Positions 20,801 through 29,204 are shown, counted from the first letter of the stretch. The stretch: 64,000 nt of DNA from a virus (IMGVR_UViG_3300032038_000035:1-64000); one strand, 5' to 3'. The notes: generated from the letters alone by a model not told the origin. Program-made: numbers and translations.

Positions 20801-22988
20801 AACTTGAATTCCATTCATCATATTCAGTGCCAGCCGCTTCTGCACGTTCCTTGTGTCGTGTAGCATCTCTGATCAAATATGTTTGATCCGGGCCTATACC
20901 GAGAGCTTTTAATGCGGCTCTATCTCTAGATAAAGCTTGGTCGTAATTTGAAATCTCAGCTTTACGCTGTTCCGATACATCTACGACTAAAGAATATAAT
21001 GCATTCCTTTGATACGTCGTTAATGAATCAATTTGATATTTCTCTAACAGCTCATCAACTTGCGTTAATAATTTTTGTGCATCAATTTCTTCACGACTAC
21101 CATGCCATATACCCTGAACTAGTTTTTGGTATTCTTTATGGAACTCATTAAATTTCTCGACAGCTTTATTATACGCTTCTTTACGAGCTTTCGATGCTTT
21201 GTCATCTTTGTTTTCATTTTCCCAATCACTAAAACTGGAATCCATTACCGCAGCTTCATTCTTATCACCAATGATATACGAAGATACCTTATTCGAGAAC
21301 GCTTGCAAGCCAGTACCATATGCACGCTTTTCGGCTGTTTCAACTCTCTCAAGAATATCTTTCCTACTAGAAAGAGCTCCAGTTGATTCATCAAAAATCA
21401 AATCATTTGCTTCTGCGTATGCGTCTTCTTGTGATTTTACATTTGACCGTAGTTGTCTATTTCGTCTTCTAGATGTCAAATAATTTCTGTCAGCTAAGCG
21501 TTTTTGATTTTCAATATATGCAAGCGGCTCGTTGAGTTCATCACGTTCCCATTTAGAACCAGTACGCGCATAGTGCTTAAGCATATTATAATGGAAATCG
21601 AGCAGATGCCTATCGAGTTTTATATCATTGGCACCCATTTTATCAATCATTCCAATTAATGAGTCTATGCTTGAACGAATTCCAAATAAATGCTTATTTG
21701 CATCAGACAAATATTGAGGAATTACAGTTTGAAGTACTTCAGAATCTGAAGTCATCCACGAAGCTTCTTTATTCTCAAAAGTTTTTAGAGGTTTATATTC
21801 ATCTTCGTCTGTAAATAGTCTCATAAAAAATGAGCCTACCTTCGAGTCGTCCTTCCATAAACCGCCATGCGATTTATCTCTAGTAAGTTTCCTCTTAAAT
21901 GATTTGAACATTGTTTTTATGTTATTATCTATGCCCTTTAATCCAGAAAACCCGGGAAATAAATTCTCGAATATAATTTCAGCCGGATTAAATGTTTCAA
22001 CAAGCATAGATAAATCTCCCGTATACATTTCTTTTAAGAATTTAGGGAGATTTTCATCGCCGCCAACTGCAGCAGTTGCACCGAGCTTAATTAATGCAGG
22101 AAGTAAGCCCTGACCGCCAGCGAATTCAGTATCTGCCGATACGATAGCCTTTTTAAACAGGTTACCTAATCTAATTTTAGTACCGTCAAAGATTTTACTA
22201 TCGGCTATCTTTTTAAGACGCTCATTTTCGCGATCTTCATCGCTTTCATCTTCATCTGCATATCGTTTAGCTATCATATCCATGAATTGCTCAACTTTAT
22301 TAAAATGCACTGCAGTATTTTTAATAAAGTCATTCATGGTAGTATTATTATACTCTATCAGACTTGCCAAGTTTTCATTAATGCCTGAAATATTGTCATT
22401 TACAGTATTGAGCATTTGCATACTCTGTGCCATATTTGACATTTCAGTAGCGATAAGTCTATCGCCTAAAATATTATTGCTCTTGGCATTCATAAGAGCT
22501 AATTTATTGGTGGATATTTCAATGGCGCCAACGGTTGCCATTGTTGACTCGTATACACCTTGTGCATAATCCTCTGCAGTAAATGCTTCGGCTTCAGGCA
22601 TTTCGCCATTGTCTTCATCGTCAAAATCAAAATCGAAGTCAAAATCAAATTCTGATTGAGTATTTTTCTTTATGTAGTCAGTTAATCCCTGACGAGTACG
22701 ATCTAATGAAAGATTACCATGTGATAAGTCACTAAGGAAATTCTTCGAAGTATTGTATACTTTATTAGTAAACGTACGAAGTATACCGGATGAATTTCTA
22801 CTAGTCTTATCAGGTCTATTTTCATTTATGTAAGATCTAATATCGAATGCCGTATCGCTAGCATCTTGTAATAATTCAGATGTAAACGGCATATAACTAG
22901 CTATAGTACTTTTAGTTGCAGAAACAAATGATTTTGCAACACCACCTGCAAATTTTGCAGGATTGAAATTAATAGTTGACTCAGTCAT
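11895..22988 (-). CDS. Tape-measure / tail-associated lysin, 3697 aa, with two C39-like peptidase domains and a C-terminal lysozyme-like domain
   Basis: Long helical body; two TMP-type motifs (ATGATRINADQIARVHEGEMIL, ASGATNIDVDGLYKLHKGEIVL); YTQNDPRW...GCGPTAMA...GHIM...VDDP; second GCVYNS...HGVLL...VDNPN; AETGG...GVTIG...YGKGWRNRI. Confidence 0.8.
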   Translation of the reverse strand: MTESTINFNPAKFAGGVAKSFVSATKSTIASYMPFTSELLQDASDTAFDIRSYINENRPDKTSRNSSGILRTFTNKVYNTSKNFLSDLSHGNLSLDRTRQGLTDYIKKNTQSEFDFDFDFDFDDEDNGEMPEAEAFTAEDYAQGVYESTMATVGAIEISTNKLALMNAKSNNILGDRLIATEMSNMAQSMQMLNTVNDNISGINENLASLIEYNNTTMNDFIKNTAVHFNKVEQFMDMIAKRYADEDESDEDRENERLKKIADSKIFDGTKIRLGNLFKKAIVSADTEFAGGQGLLPALIKLGATAAVGGDENLPKFLKEMYTGDLSMLVETFNPAEIIFENLFPGFSGLKGIDNNIKTMFKSFKRKLTRDKSHGGLWKDDSKVGSFFMRLFTDEDEYKPLKTFENKEASWMTSDSEVLQTVIPQYLSDANKHLFGIRSSIDSLIGMIDKMGANDIKLDRHLLDFHYNMLKHYARTGSKWERDELNEPLAYIENQKRLADRNYLTSRRRNRQLRSNVKSQEDAYAEANDLIFDESTGALSSRKDILERVETAEKRAYGTGLQAFSNKVSSYIIGDKNEAAVMDSSFSDWENENKDDKASKARKEAYNKAVEKFNEFHKEYQKLVQGIWHGSREEIDAQKLLTQVDELLEKYQIDSLTTYQRNALYSLVVDVSEQRKAEISNYDQALSRDRAALKALGIGPDQTYLIRDATRHKERAEAAGTEYDEWNSSLRNTTDMFRAFADAALTDAIRSGQVKEDEDDPAYRALKEDADRRFKGMQSSYNNKMALAESKHVASKNFANYRVSAAVDAMLEYSSDLAQEFRDSGIRAVIDKFKEFSPSMFFSEIRDRADDYRSGMKYQIRYNDDGEPIEYYIYSKSKDNWGKRIKVDKFGEGVLEDDPKFNEIWNENIKNGYDQVDDTDFRQFRYKTPKEIKEEQEQSTNEGILHRIQSALGWVDDEDKLYAPTQYKQPNTIGFFATGATRINADQIARVHEGEMILDKSLSQEVRDDIVTMLNNGGYNSMSEEWQQKLLKAIGDSDERFKGHEMEVVKAVNRVVDRYSPETIKSMALKPSDESLCFIDIDENDDPASILVKKLTEMSINLGIMTQTALGTTERENRERGFEKTGKAKNLLLGDKGEGDLRHGGLLSDAYNQIVDDIRYKRFMYIDGKKYTGYTRDEAGNIIEGAGLKSYHATGENATETKNIMDQLRTKAKENAFAYAESQGWSNDQTWSYVKTVDSLVQGIPGAVKGGLIGLTLSGVLGSAIGIMGGFTLGNKETREYIFGKVETDSNGRKYVSGGVFGGFTNRLIEAGEDIKTNFKSAFSDVTNNLKLGFKSFLKRITNSNEDSVGNGIAKFLEQVITGKDGTIVTRFLNSLKNTVGRVAEGATDIAIDAVTIGSKLMFKAASVPFNVFASIIGGKEYRADKKKERREARSKQLKEIYKELIFNDSLIGINPDHDITKMFPKIKNDVKNKFTDIKSGVVNGWTSLQNRLAEENETYKKLNRTRHIFGKGGYLSDLPSNIANRWDRLGYINEHYYKAQGKLPHLLGRSGMIDDYVVNPLKRFGASAATAADKVKEKGKTVFDKMSEGISSIGKALTGEYGQSILRGLMGAILATPLAITGHPILAGSVLAAGTANAIFKQILGTGMLGIFSTGLKAIGGRVKNITKPIGEFIGNRVHAVKERLGIDDSKFYFRRMMHGSHIDRGGMLSDLGYTTEEQQRYFELMKKDPSELTPDERDFINDIQDSVSMGHRSAVDDEEAQRVFNEDAEYKKLKNKKDLKPEEKERLKELTATAGDRKWYRFKRNNGLTDFAIKHGRGKSALKKLNNLSIDDFNLAKSSLDFKSTLSSRLTPEMFASMGITDTGKMNKIQAEADKELKKLKNAVIKRFGSLDAAMDYPEELRAMIMQSGFEKNEQALNGKTAQEMVAFLRNGDTQSIIQEQNFRETLLNVVPVMGQTIKDIYEGLKKAFFEKKPASGDLYHKQNEDMAANAFDGENYSTAEHTSDELKDKLKESLANPEKETKGLIDKVSDAYEDVQDVMKPGAVDYSDLFTQIGAPEVSSNIPAGGELITNAFQLIPAKASGATNIDVDGLYKLHKGEIVLDPESANSFRRNIGTGGLDSNALNDISASLRVLSGRDVKKPNKLFNLFGGDEDGKEGGIKGIFSSMKEKLGGLLNVFTGDKTGSDEEKKSFLDKIGESFAGVGQKISGAVMGSGLIPLKPDGTIDTGKLAARALALLGGIVLFGPAVLKIIDKLAPLLQPIFDTLTTTIKPLIFGEDGKGGLINGIGDVITNVIRTVSGAQDGETTIHAIGRGIHEAWVHVGGAIFENTPTGKQLEATQTDNSVIQNSKDFAQIKTQISKDVDASGISSDNKSKYLNDIVNNQPMFIAQLSEYYANVTKFGAAYASAKNLDDVTSLPFGNAIERDLERTSSETIKTGVKNYLTSDEYAYIEKYSLGANVYDREAFTKVAQNLTNVKLGYSSDTKSWYIKEYASKEDAERFSQGKASRVKQGLSILVKRNNTLVKAYDALMKYGHYGATGIRGDALNFVDSVFNTDDKVLNPVPAKSYDELSSDDEVNMNAYGNVGYGYTQNDPRWARQAYGSFKSGRGSTIGSGGCGPTAMANVYSNLTGRKVNPGQMARFSQSNGYNAQGGTSAGLFTNGARKLGLASRAISKSGNAIGNSVRHGNNVVIAGKNGPYTRAGHIMSVRGVDSRGNAIVDDPLKRGARHIPMNRLTKGMTHAWSIGRGPAIGYGRHVGDANSPYSTWDDELIDGNVTFNRNGGAFGYTGALPEGCVYNSFVNAYLNSILSGSTKFSDIAKSFSPTTLLRQHPEVNNSAHQVIYDNAYKRLVEIFGMEVPWRESNYDFLGADGVKYNGSMEDFFRLLYANLSAGNPIVFSSNNGTSAKMKPIISRTANPDEAKSNSQHGVLLAGLYKNSAGEEFVVVDNPNTGAEYNGKSNQIYTVPMETFRNAVSTASYPDIRRVVIFGKSAVKPATRNFVKQKPEDMFKAMKTAAASNDAASEAFLKTFPDGNKYDTYSAWASAHPELAKTYSEGMSSNSNSTYASGGTTTGTAYTPMAVNYDSGNIFASGMTQNINAGGSKGAKSVSEWIANLVSDLTDFGFNLIGSIISGDKSLLYSSSRSTGSYSDAGSGISGGGTGGYSSNTDNTSAAITNPQLIIDAAFVKSSIDSAYSAYSSNTEVNSEFNKNGLSKYTINPGNYSALTTDSRYNQLLIDIAASVNYKKYVTQTIANIYTWLVAQKAISQYPDEKMYQYASKYSSGGTGAVIDNIASEMYNKIKGMQISSGQPTDEYSLLPSWAKTSAGNGIPSAGNEANTLHYLMDLMTKAETGGDVKNPADIDKIYFNPIWLSGESGVTIGRGGFYNANAKTVFTTAAKSPNLSETTRNIMNTIAAGIGNHSLNPSDIKAYIAQYPDMKPALITAQDAMMNEYAWDYISRAAAQYNKRGMKDPRSIILGAEFAGVAPATVPSFYSAVTSPGASNELDQVRQGMFNTISGFSNYGKYGKGWRNRINGMYSMITSEGNGKNPWNGVYYPLPAHIINSIPSNMNLIPTSIGNGDAGYNMRDNDNIYTNDVYMGDADNPMHVVMDSSPVTSRIDKLIELIDSAVNPKEVTQAGPSNAKSNSIGHGEPNTAQAPTMSATKGQSSIGQKDRLAQLHSKLAKRTRTNLNYNHL

Positions 22989-23028
22989 ATAAATATTTCA
23001 CCACTCTTTTATTTATAGTGATTTTGAT

Positions 23029-23042
23029 TTATAAAAATGTCC
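23029..23042 (-). promoter_or_regulatory. Late-type promoter GGACA-N6-TAA
   Basis: GGACAtttttaTAA upstream of the tape-measure gene. Confidence 0.7.
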
Positions 23043-23096
23043 ATTGGTTAAAATAGCAACAAAAAAAGAAACCCAGCCATTGGCTGGGTGTTGGGA

Positions 23097-23300
23097 CTAC
23101 AGCCAAGAGTCCCTAACGGCTTGTTTTTCTTCCTCGTCGCCGTATATAATTGCCGCATAATCATCATAATTTTTTATTTCTATATCTGAGTACCGCCACT
23201 CCTTTTCTGGGTTAAATGCAATTGCGTCGAAGAATTTATTGCGCTCTGTTTCTGTCATGGATTTAAGTGACTGGATGTAATATTTTTCATTAGACGTCAT
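23097..23300 (-). CDS. Hypothetical protein
   Basis: ORF with AGGAG RBS, followed by a terminator (~23060-23092). Confidence 0.65.
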   Translation of the reverse strand: MTSNEKYYIQSLKSMTETERNKFFDAIAFNPEKEWRYSDIEIKNYDDYAAIIYGDEEEKQAVRDSWL

Positions 23301-23312
23301 AGCATTTCTCCT

Positions 23313-24152
23313 TTACTCATTTTTGGTATTTGGATCAGATCTTGCCATTATCTTTTCAAGCGCCTCCATCGCATACTCAATGGCATATTCTTCTGTTGTG
23401 GTTGCTGCCAAGAACCTAGATATATGGCAGAAAGTCATGCCTTCCGGCAATTCCTTTGTCCATGCATAAGGCAGTGGATATTTACATGAACTTATTGTTT
23501 CTATACAATAACCCCCTCTTGATGACGGGTATACTGCCAAGATTACTTCGCTGTCAGTTCTATATTGCTTGATTACGTCTTTCCATGGTGCAAAAGAACT
23601 TAAGTGAATTATTCTGCCATCTATTACATCTGCTTCATCGAATGCCTTCACAGCCTTAGTTGTAGATCTTGCTTTTGACAAATACTTTTCAAGTACAGTA
23701 GTTGCAAAATCCACAGCTTCGTCGAACTTTTTACGACGATCTTCTTCGGTAGCTGGTTCATCCCAATTGGGATTCATAAACGTTACCAGCTTGGAAAGTA
23801 CAGAATTTCCATCGCCCATTCCGTTGTCGTGCTGGTCTATTGGTACAATCAGTGACTCGTCGATCATCTTCCAGCCTTCATCATCAACGAGCTCATGGCC
23901 GAATGCCCTCCAAAGTTTGCCAAGAGCAGCGTAGGGCTTAGTCTGCTCCTCATCGCGGTACTCCATCTCCTGATGATGATCATAGGGTCCGCCACCTATG
24001 TCATAGCAAATTTCAGTCTCACCAAGTTCAGGAACCTTGAGCGTCCTCACAATCTCAATGCCGGGACAAAGGATCTTAAGAAGTGCTGTGCTAAATACGT
24101 CGTCTGCGTGAAATACTGCGGAATGTACATAAGCTCTAGTTATTTTCATCAT
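23313..24152 (-). CDS. MYG1 (UPF0160) DHH-family exonuclease
   Basis: HSAVFHADDV, YDIGGGPYDHHQ, YAALGKLW, IDQHDNG and FCH motifs; start moved to 24152 behind GGAGG. Confidence 0.85.
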   Translation of the reverse strand: MMKITRAYVHSAVFHADDVFSTALLKILCPGIEIVRTLKVPELGETEICYDIGGGPYDHHQEMEYRDEEQTKPYAALGKLWRAFGHELVDDEGWKMIDESLIVPIDQHDNGMGDGNSVLSKLVTFMNPNWDEPATEEDRRKKFDEAVDFATTVLEKYLSKARSTTKAVKAFDEADVIDGRIIHLSSFAPWKDVIKQYRTDSEVILAVYPSSRGGYCIETISSCKYPLPYAWTKELPEGMTFCHISRFLAATTTEEYAIEYAMEALEKIMARSDPNTKNE

Positions 24153-24198
24153 AACGATTTCCTCCATATTAGACAAAAATGATTTATTATTCCACATA

Positions 24199-24214
24199 TA
24201 TAATATATAAATAT
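24199..24214 (-). promoter_or_regulatory. Early-type promoter ATATTTATATATTATA
   Basis: Exact ATATTTATATAT; CCGT lies 11 nt upstream of the TATATT core. Confidence 0.6.
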
Positions 24215-24273
24215 ATTCACGGTGTATTATCAAAAAAAATCAGCGTATCATAAACGATACGCTGATATGTTAA

Positions 24274-24492
24274 TTACTTCTTTTTTGTCGACTTGTTTGT
24301 ATTTACGTAGTCAGCTGAAATTTCGTCGAAAACATGTGCAGGTATGCACACAGTTTGTGGATAATTGTGATCCACAGGGTTACCACTTTCGTGATATAGT
24401 ACGAATTTAACTTTGCCCGTTTCTTTATCGGTGATAAAGTTATATTCATAAGTCCTTTCATAAGAGGACTTGTTATTTTTTGTCTTCATCAT
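24274..24492 (-). CDS. Hypothetical protein
   Basis: ORF in an overlapping small-gene operon. Confidence 0.6.
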   Translation of the reverse strand: MMKTKNNKSSYERTYEYNFITDKETGKVKFVLYHESGNPVDHNYPQTVCIPAHVFDEISADYVNTNKSTKKK

Positions 24493-24769
24493 TGTTCTCC
24501 TTTACTTCATATTTGTTATCATATTCTTCGATCATTGCATCTTCCAATGCATTGAAGAATTCATTTTCAAAATAGCTGGTAATAAGTTCTCCAGCTATTC
24601 TTCTTGCATCTTTGGCGAATAAGCTCTTCCTTGTGTCAAGCTCAAGCTTGTTTCTCTCAATAACAGCATCGACAAATGTGTCTAAACTGTCGATGTTATC
24701 GAGAATGTGGTCTCTCAATTCGTATGACATTACCCCTGTAAACATAGTGTTACCCACAATTTGGATCAT
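24473..24769 (-). CDS. Hypothetical protein, paralogue of 24750-25004
   Basis: Shares the HI/RI..D...D.VIE.N...D...F.KD...MIEEY pattern with its neighbour. Confidence 0.65.
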   Translation of the reverse strand: MIQIVGNTMFTGVMSYELRDHILDNIDSLDTFVDAVIERNKLELDTRKSLFAKDARRIAGELITSYFENEFFNALEDAMIEEYDNKYEVKENNDEDKK

Positions 24770-25004
24770 ACCCGTCTTGGTATTCTTCGATCATTATTCT
24801 TTCCAGTTCATCTGGAAAATCATCCTCGAGAACGCCTGCAATAGCTTCTTTTGCAAAACTAATAGAATCTTTAATAAACTTTCGTTTGTCATTTTTATCG
24901 AACTGAAAATTATTTTTCTCGATAATATCATCGATTAAATCTTCCGCCGACATAGCATCAAAAATTCTATTAATAAGCTGCTTAGATAATTTGCACTCAA
25001 CCAT
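24750..25004 (-). CDS. Hypothetical protein, paralogue of 24473-24769
   Basis: GGAGG RBS; MIEEY motif shared with the neighbour. Confidence 0.7.
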   Translation of the reverse strand: MVECKLSKQLINRIFDAMSAEDLIDDIIEKNNFQFDKNDKRKFIKDSISFAKEAIAGVLEDDFPDELERIMIEEYQDGYDPNCG

Positions 25005-25020
25005 AATTGCCTCCTAATAT

Positions 25021-25413
25021 CTAACGAAGTATACATGCTACTGCGGATGGTGTCGTTGCAGTAACCAACTCATCACGCTTAGCCAATATTCTACCATAAT
25101 GATCATATATGGTTTTTAAACGTGATTCTATATTGGATTCATTGAATACCCAATGTCTACATGTATGAGTCATTATCCAATTTCGTAGATTGATATTTGG
25201 TAAATCTTGTTTGATGCACAATAAAGATACGCCTAATATCTTTTCTTCCAAACCGGTGTTTAATAACGCCATGTTTGGAGCTTTATCTATCGTTATGAAC
25301 AATTGCCAATCTTGATCAATATCCAAGAATATCCGACGACTGTTGTCGTCGGATTCAACTTTCTCAGATATATCAAGGAGCTCTTTATAAGTCTTCCTCG
25401 GGATTATTTCCAT
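25021..25413 (-). CDS. Hypothetical protein
   Basis: GAGGTG RBS. Confidence 0.65.
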   Translation of the reverse strand: MEIIPRKTYKELLDISEKVESDDNSRRIFLDIDQDWQLFITIDKAPNMALLNTGLEEKILGVSLLCIKQDLPNINLRNWIMTHTCRHWVFNESNIESRLKTIYDHYGRILAKRDELVTATTPSAVACILR

Positions 25414-26314
25414 ATGTCACCTCATATCCTTCACCCAAGTGTTCAGCGAGCAATAGTATAGAATTGAAATATATTTCAACGAAACCACTATCAGTCTCAA
25501 AATGTGTAAGAAGTCCATTTACTGTATTATAAGCATCTTCGTGCATCTGATAAATTTCTTCACCTATGCATGTATGAATAGCTTCGCATAATTGATTTTC
25601 GGCATTTAACACTTCGTAACTACTCAAGGGATCATATAATATCTTAAATCGTGCTGACTCGTTGTCTTTATTTTCATAATATTTTGGGATTATATCAATC
25701 CGCACCAAACGTTCAGTTACCATGACATTTTGCACAGTAATTGCGTCATCGTCAATTATTACCTTCGGTGTACCGTCTAGATATGCATCATCTATGAAAA
25801 TATTACGAAGACACTCATTTGTATATTCTCCAGTAACATTTAATAGATAATTTCCATTGCTCATATGTTGAGCCATTTCTGTAATGTCCGTATAGAATTT
25901 CTGTAAGACGCCCTTACGATAAATCTTATACGGATTTGTAACTATAGTTTTTAGTTTGTCAAAAACCCTATGGCACATTTTTGCATTACTAATCTTTATA
26001 GTAGTGAATGCCTCTGACATTAATTTATAATATGCGTCCGATATAGATTCAACACCATTAAGATCAAACACATCATGTGCTAAATAGTAGTGCTTAGTAT
26101 TGGTTACATCTGGTGCTATACCAGCCACATTCATATAACCACGATTTTTTACATAAAATATGCCGATCTTGTCAGACTGCACGTATCTTCCTATGATACT
26201 TGAATCCTGTGTTATTCTCCATTCAACTTCTTTATACGCATCAGTTGCATATAAGTCATCGAAGTTCGGATGAATGACCATTGAGTCAATCATCTCTCTT
26301 GAATACTCAAGCAT
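25385..26314 (-). CDS. Hypothetical protein
   Basis: Long ORF; start moved to 26314 behind GGAGGT. Confidence 0.7.
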   Translation of the reverse strand: MLEYSREMIDSMVIHPNFDDLYATDAYKEVEWRITQDSSIIGRYVQSDKIGIFYVKNRGYMNVAGIAPDVTNTKHYYLAHDVFDLNGVESISDAYYKLMSEAFTTIKISNAKMCHRVFDKLKTIVTNPYKIYRKGVLQKFYTDITEMAQHMSNGNYLLNVTGEYTNECLRNIFIDDAYLDGTPKVIIDDDAITVQNVMVTERLVRIDIIPKYYENKDNESARFKILYDPLSSYEVLNAENQLCEAIHTCIGEEIYQMHEDAYNTVNGLLTHFETDSGFVEIYFNSILLLAEHLGEGYEVTYGNNPEEDL

Positions 26315-26372
26315 TTTGTTACCTCCAAAATAATCATAAGGGTGGATAGATTTCACCCTTATGATATATAAT

Positions 26373-28685
26373 TTAAATCCAATCGTTTATGTCAAATCCT
26401 TTATCTGATGTAGCGCTATATCCAATTATATCATCTAAGTCTTTATCTAATGCGGCATCATAATATGATGATGGATGATCTAACATATAATCATCTTCTT
26501 CACCAAGTGCTTGTTTTGCATATGATTCTCTTAGATTAGTCTTAGCAACTTCTATATCTAATTCTTTTCTATAATTAGCAGCATCTACTGCAGCTTTATC
26601 AACCATATTAAATTGAGATCTTACTGCAGCTGGTAAAGATTCTATTAATTCTTTAAGCTTATTGAGTTTCTCTTGTACAGTTAAAGGCTGCTTAGCTTTC
26701 TCTAATGGATCTATATTACCTGGAATTATTCCATAGTCTTCCATATTAGATGACATTCTTCTTACGCATATTCCTATTAGATATGCCATTACCATATCAT
26801 CATGTTTACCTTGAGCTGCTTCTATTCTACCAGTCCTAGTTCTCTCCAGGGCACATATAGAATCTACCAATAATTTAGCATTTAATTTATCTGGCTCTTC
26901 CGATACCATATTTTCTAATATACCAAATAGAATAGGTCTAGTTTTGGTATTGGTATTGAATCCCAATGCTTTCTCAGCACTTGTATCGACTTCACGCTTA
27001 TCTATAGATTCCTTATCGCCCAATTTATCTATATCATACCAGATGTTAGCTGCATACTTAGATTCTTGCAATAGATGCAATAGTTCTCTACCTTTGTTAT
27101 TCTCAACAACTATTACAGATTTGGGACAATAGTTATCCATAAATTTAACTATCATCTTAGCCATCTTAGGTTGAGTAATATAAGGAGTCTCAAATTCAGC
27201 TACAGCTTTTTCAGTATATGGGTTAATAAGAGACATTGCCATATTATCTCCCGATAATCCCTCAGCAGGGTCGACTACCAAGATATATGGAGTTCTTCTC
27301 TCTATCTTATCGTATATATAAATAGGAGATAGATTATCACTATAGTCTACAGTTTCTTTAGCTGTTAGCATATTACTAATAAGATACATTATGTCAGTTC
27401 TCTTAAATGGAGATTTAGATGTGCCTCTAAGTCTTTTTAGATTAATCTCTCTAGCTATTACTTCGGGATTATATCTAACGCCTTCACAAGCTTTTTCATA
27501 CCAGTCGTATGTTTTCTTAAGCTGTTGCCATGTATGCTCTACGAATACTATACCATTATATGATTTAGGTGAATGCACTACGTTATACAGTTTACGTATA
27601 TCCATATCAAACATAGTATCGTTCCACTTTAGCATTCCTCTAGCACCAGTCTCTTGATTACCATTGATGAATTCTTCTGCAGATTGCCCATCTCTAGAGT
27701 CTATATTACCGGGTGTAGATGTGAATAATCTTCCATATAATGATTTATTAGTCTTCGCATTAGCAGATGCAGTATTAAATGCAAATACAGAGCAATCTAT
27801 TATTTTTGTATTATATGGAGTCCAGTCAAACTCATCCCAGAGTTGTATACTAGATGTATAACCACGTCCTAGACCATCTGCTTTAGCTTCAGAGTTAGCT
27901 GTAGGAAGAAGTATGATGTTATTATTCGTTACAGGATTCTTCATTGAAGTAACGTTAGAAGTTTCCTTTAATATCTTAAGAGTTGCTATATCGAATATAT
28001 TCTTAGCTTGTAAATATATCGGAAGCATATCTCTTTGAGCTTTAAGTCTGGCTAAATTCATTTTATTAAGAGTTAAATCTTTATTAGCTAATGTAATAGT
28101 AGCAGCCAATGATCCAAAGTTATATGCATAATTTATCTTAGCTATAGCATCTTGTGTCTTCCCACACTGTCTAGGCTTAGATGCATATGTGTCAATACCA
28201 TTTAAGAATAAATACCATGTAGCTGCTGAATTTCTATCTATAATAAATGGAGATCCGCCGCCCGGAATTATTGGTTTACCATCCATTGGTATTCTAGCGA
28301 TTTCTCTTAAATAATACCATGGATTTCTAATTACTTCTCTAGCTATTCTAGCTTGCAATTCTAATGGTACAACAGGAGCAAATGGATCTACATTCTCCAA
28401 TGTTTTATCATATAGAGCTAAGAAGAATTTATTATTCTTTACTCCAAGAGTTTTTAGATCTTTATGTAAATCTATAAAAGATTTATTTTTTGTATTCCAT
28501 TGATAACTTTTCTTATCATGGATTTGCATAGCAGCATGTTTTAACTTAGCGTAGTTATCTGCTATATCTGAATTCATTCCGCCTGAATCATTTGTAAAAT
28601 CAACCTGCTGTTCGATTGTAGGTTCTTCAGCAGTAGGATGATAATCAACAAATATATTCATTGTATCGGTTGCGTTCATTATCAT
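26373..28685 (-). CDS. terL: Terminase large subunit
   Basis: Walker A KPRQCGKT, Walker B IQLWDEF, coupling motif TSTPG, RNase H-like VVDPAEG / VVENN / HDDMVMA. Confidence 0.92.
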   Translation of the reverse strand: MIMNATDTMNIFVDYHPTAEEPTIEQQVDFTNDSGGMNSDIADNYAKLKHAAMQIHDKKSYQWNTKNKSFIDLHKDLKTLGVKNNKFFLALYDKTLENVDPFAPVVPLELQARIAREVIRNPWYYLREIARIPMDGKPIIPGGGSPFIIDRNSAATWYLFLNGIDTYASKPRQCGKTQDAIAKINYAYNFGSLAATITLANKDLTLNKMNLARLKAQRDMLPIYLQAKNIFDIATLKILKETSNVTSMKNPVTNNNIILLPTANSEAKADGLGRGYTSSIQLWDEFDWTPYNTKIIDCSVFAFNTASANAKTNKSLYGRLFTSTPGNIDSRDGQSAEEFINGNQETGARGMLKWNDTMFDMDIRKLYNVVHSPKSYNGIVFVEHTWQQLKKTYDWYEKACEGVRYNPEVIAREINLKRLRGTSKSPFKRTDIMYLISNMLTAKETVDYSDNLSPIYIYDKIERRTPYILVVDPAEGLSGDNMAMSLINPYTEKAVAEFETPYITQPKMAKMIVKFMDNYCPKSVIVVENNKGRELLHLLQESKYAANIWYDIDKLGDKESIDKREVDTSAEKALGFNTNTKTRPILFGILENMVSEEPDKLNAKLLVDSICALERTRTGRIEAAQGKHDDMVMAYLIGICVRRMSSNMEDYGIIPGNIDPLEKAKQPLTVQEKLNKLKELIESLPAAVRSQFNMVDKAAVDAANYRKELDIEVAKTNLRESYAKQALGEEDDYMLDHPSSYYDAALDKDLDDIIGYSATSDKGFDINDWI

Positions 28686-28721
28686 ACGTATCACCTCAAA
28701 TTAAATATAGGTTAAATTAAC

Positions 28722-28749
28722 AAAAAAAATCAGGCACCCGAAGGTGCCT
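28722..28749 (-). terminator. Terminator with C(UUCG)G loop
   Basis: Minus strand ggcacc-ttcg-ggtgcc followed by a T tract. Confidence 0.8.
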
Positions 28750-28753
28750 AATG

Positions 28754-29119
28754 TCATGAGCGGTGCTTCCGCTCATGATGCTGTGGTTCATCCTTATCTA
28801 TTGGGGTGAGACCCCAGTGGGGATGATTCCCGCGGGTTCGTGAAATCCAAACCCTGTATTTTTTTACAGGGTTTGCTTTTACTGGCTCGCTAAGCCAGTA
28901 TTCGATGCCTCTTTCGGAGAGGTATCCTTTGAGCTCATTGAGCTCATCAGTGTTACAGATATCTGTAAGCTCTGCTTCTGCAGAACTCATCTCTGATATC
29001 TCACTCACGAGAACATCACTGAGATAAGACTCTTCTTCGGCAACTATAAGACTATCAATGTTATGCATGTTTAACATATTGAATTTCTCCTTATACTGCG
29101 CCCGCGATTTTGCTGGCAT
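28754..29119 (-). CDS. Hypothetical protein in a stand-alone promoter/terminator cassette
   Basis: ORF directly below a CCGT-N20-TATATTATA promoter; the true start may be internal (AAGGAG before MLNM). Confidence 0.65.
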   Translation of the reverse strand: MPAKSRAQYKEKFNMLNMHNIDSLIVAEEESYLSDVLVSEISEMSSAEAELTDICNTDELNELKGYLSERGIEYWLSEPVKANPVKKYRVWISRTRGNHPHWGLTPIDKDEPQHHERKHRS

Positions 29120-29137
29120 TATTTTTTATCCTGTTAT

Positions 29138-29170
29138 TATAATATACAAAAGAACCAAATTCGATTACGG
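29138..29170 (-). promoter_or_regulatory. Bipartite promoter CCGT-N20-TATATTATA
   Basis: Same spacing at 39549-39581 and 62965-62997. Confidence 0.7.
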
Positions 29171-29171
29171 A

Positions 29172-29204
29172 TAAAAAAAATTGGATACCCGAAGGTATCC
29201 AATT
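29172..29204 (-). terminator. Terminator with C(UUCG)G loop
   Basis: aattggatacc-ttcg-ggtatccaatt plus T tract. Confidence 0.85.

Noticed and set aside
9582-22569. Many plus-strand ORFs of 60-210 aa
   Set aside because: Antisense shadows of the tape-measure and structural genes, with no independent expression signals noticed.
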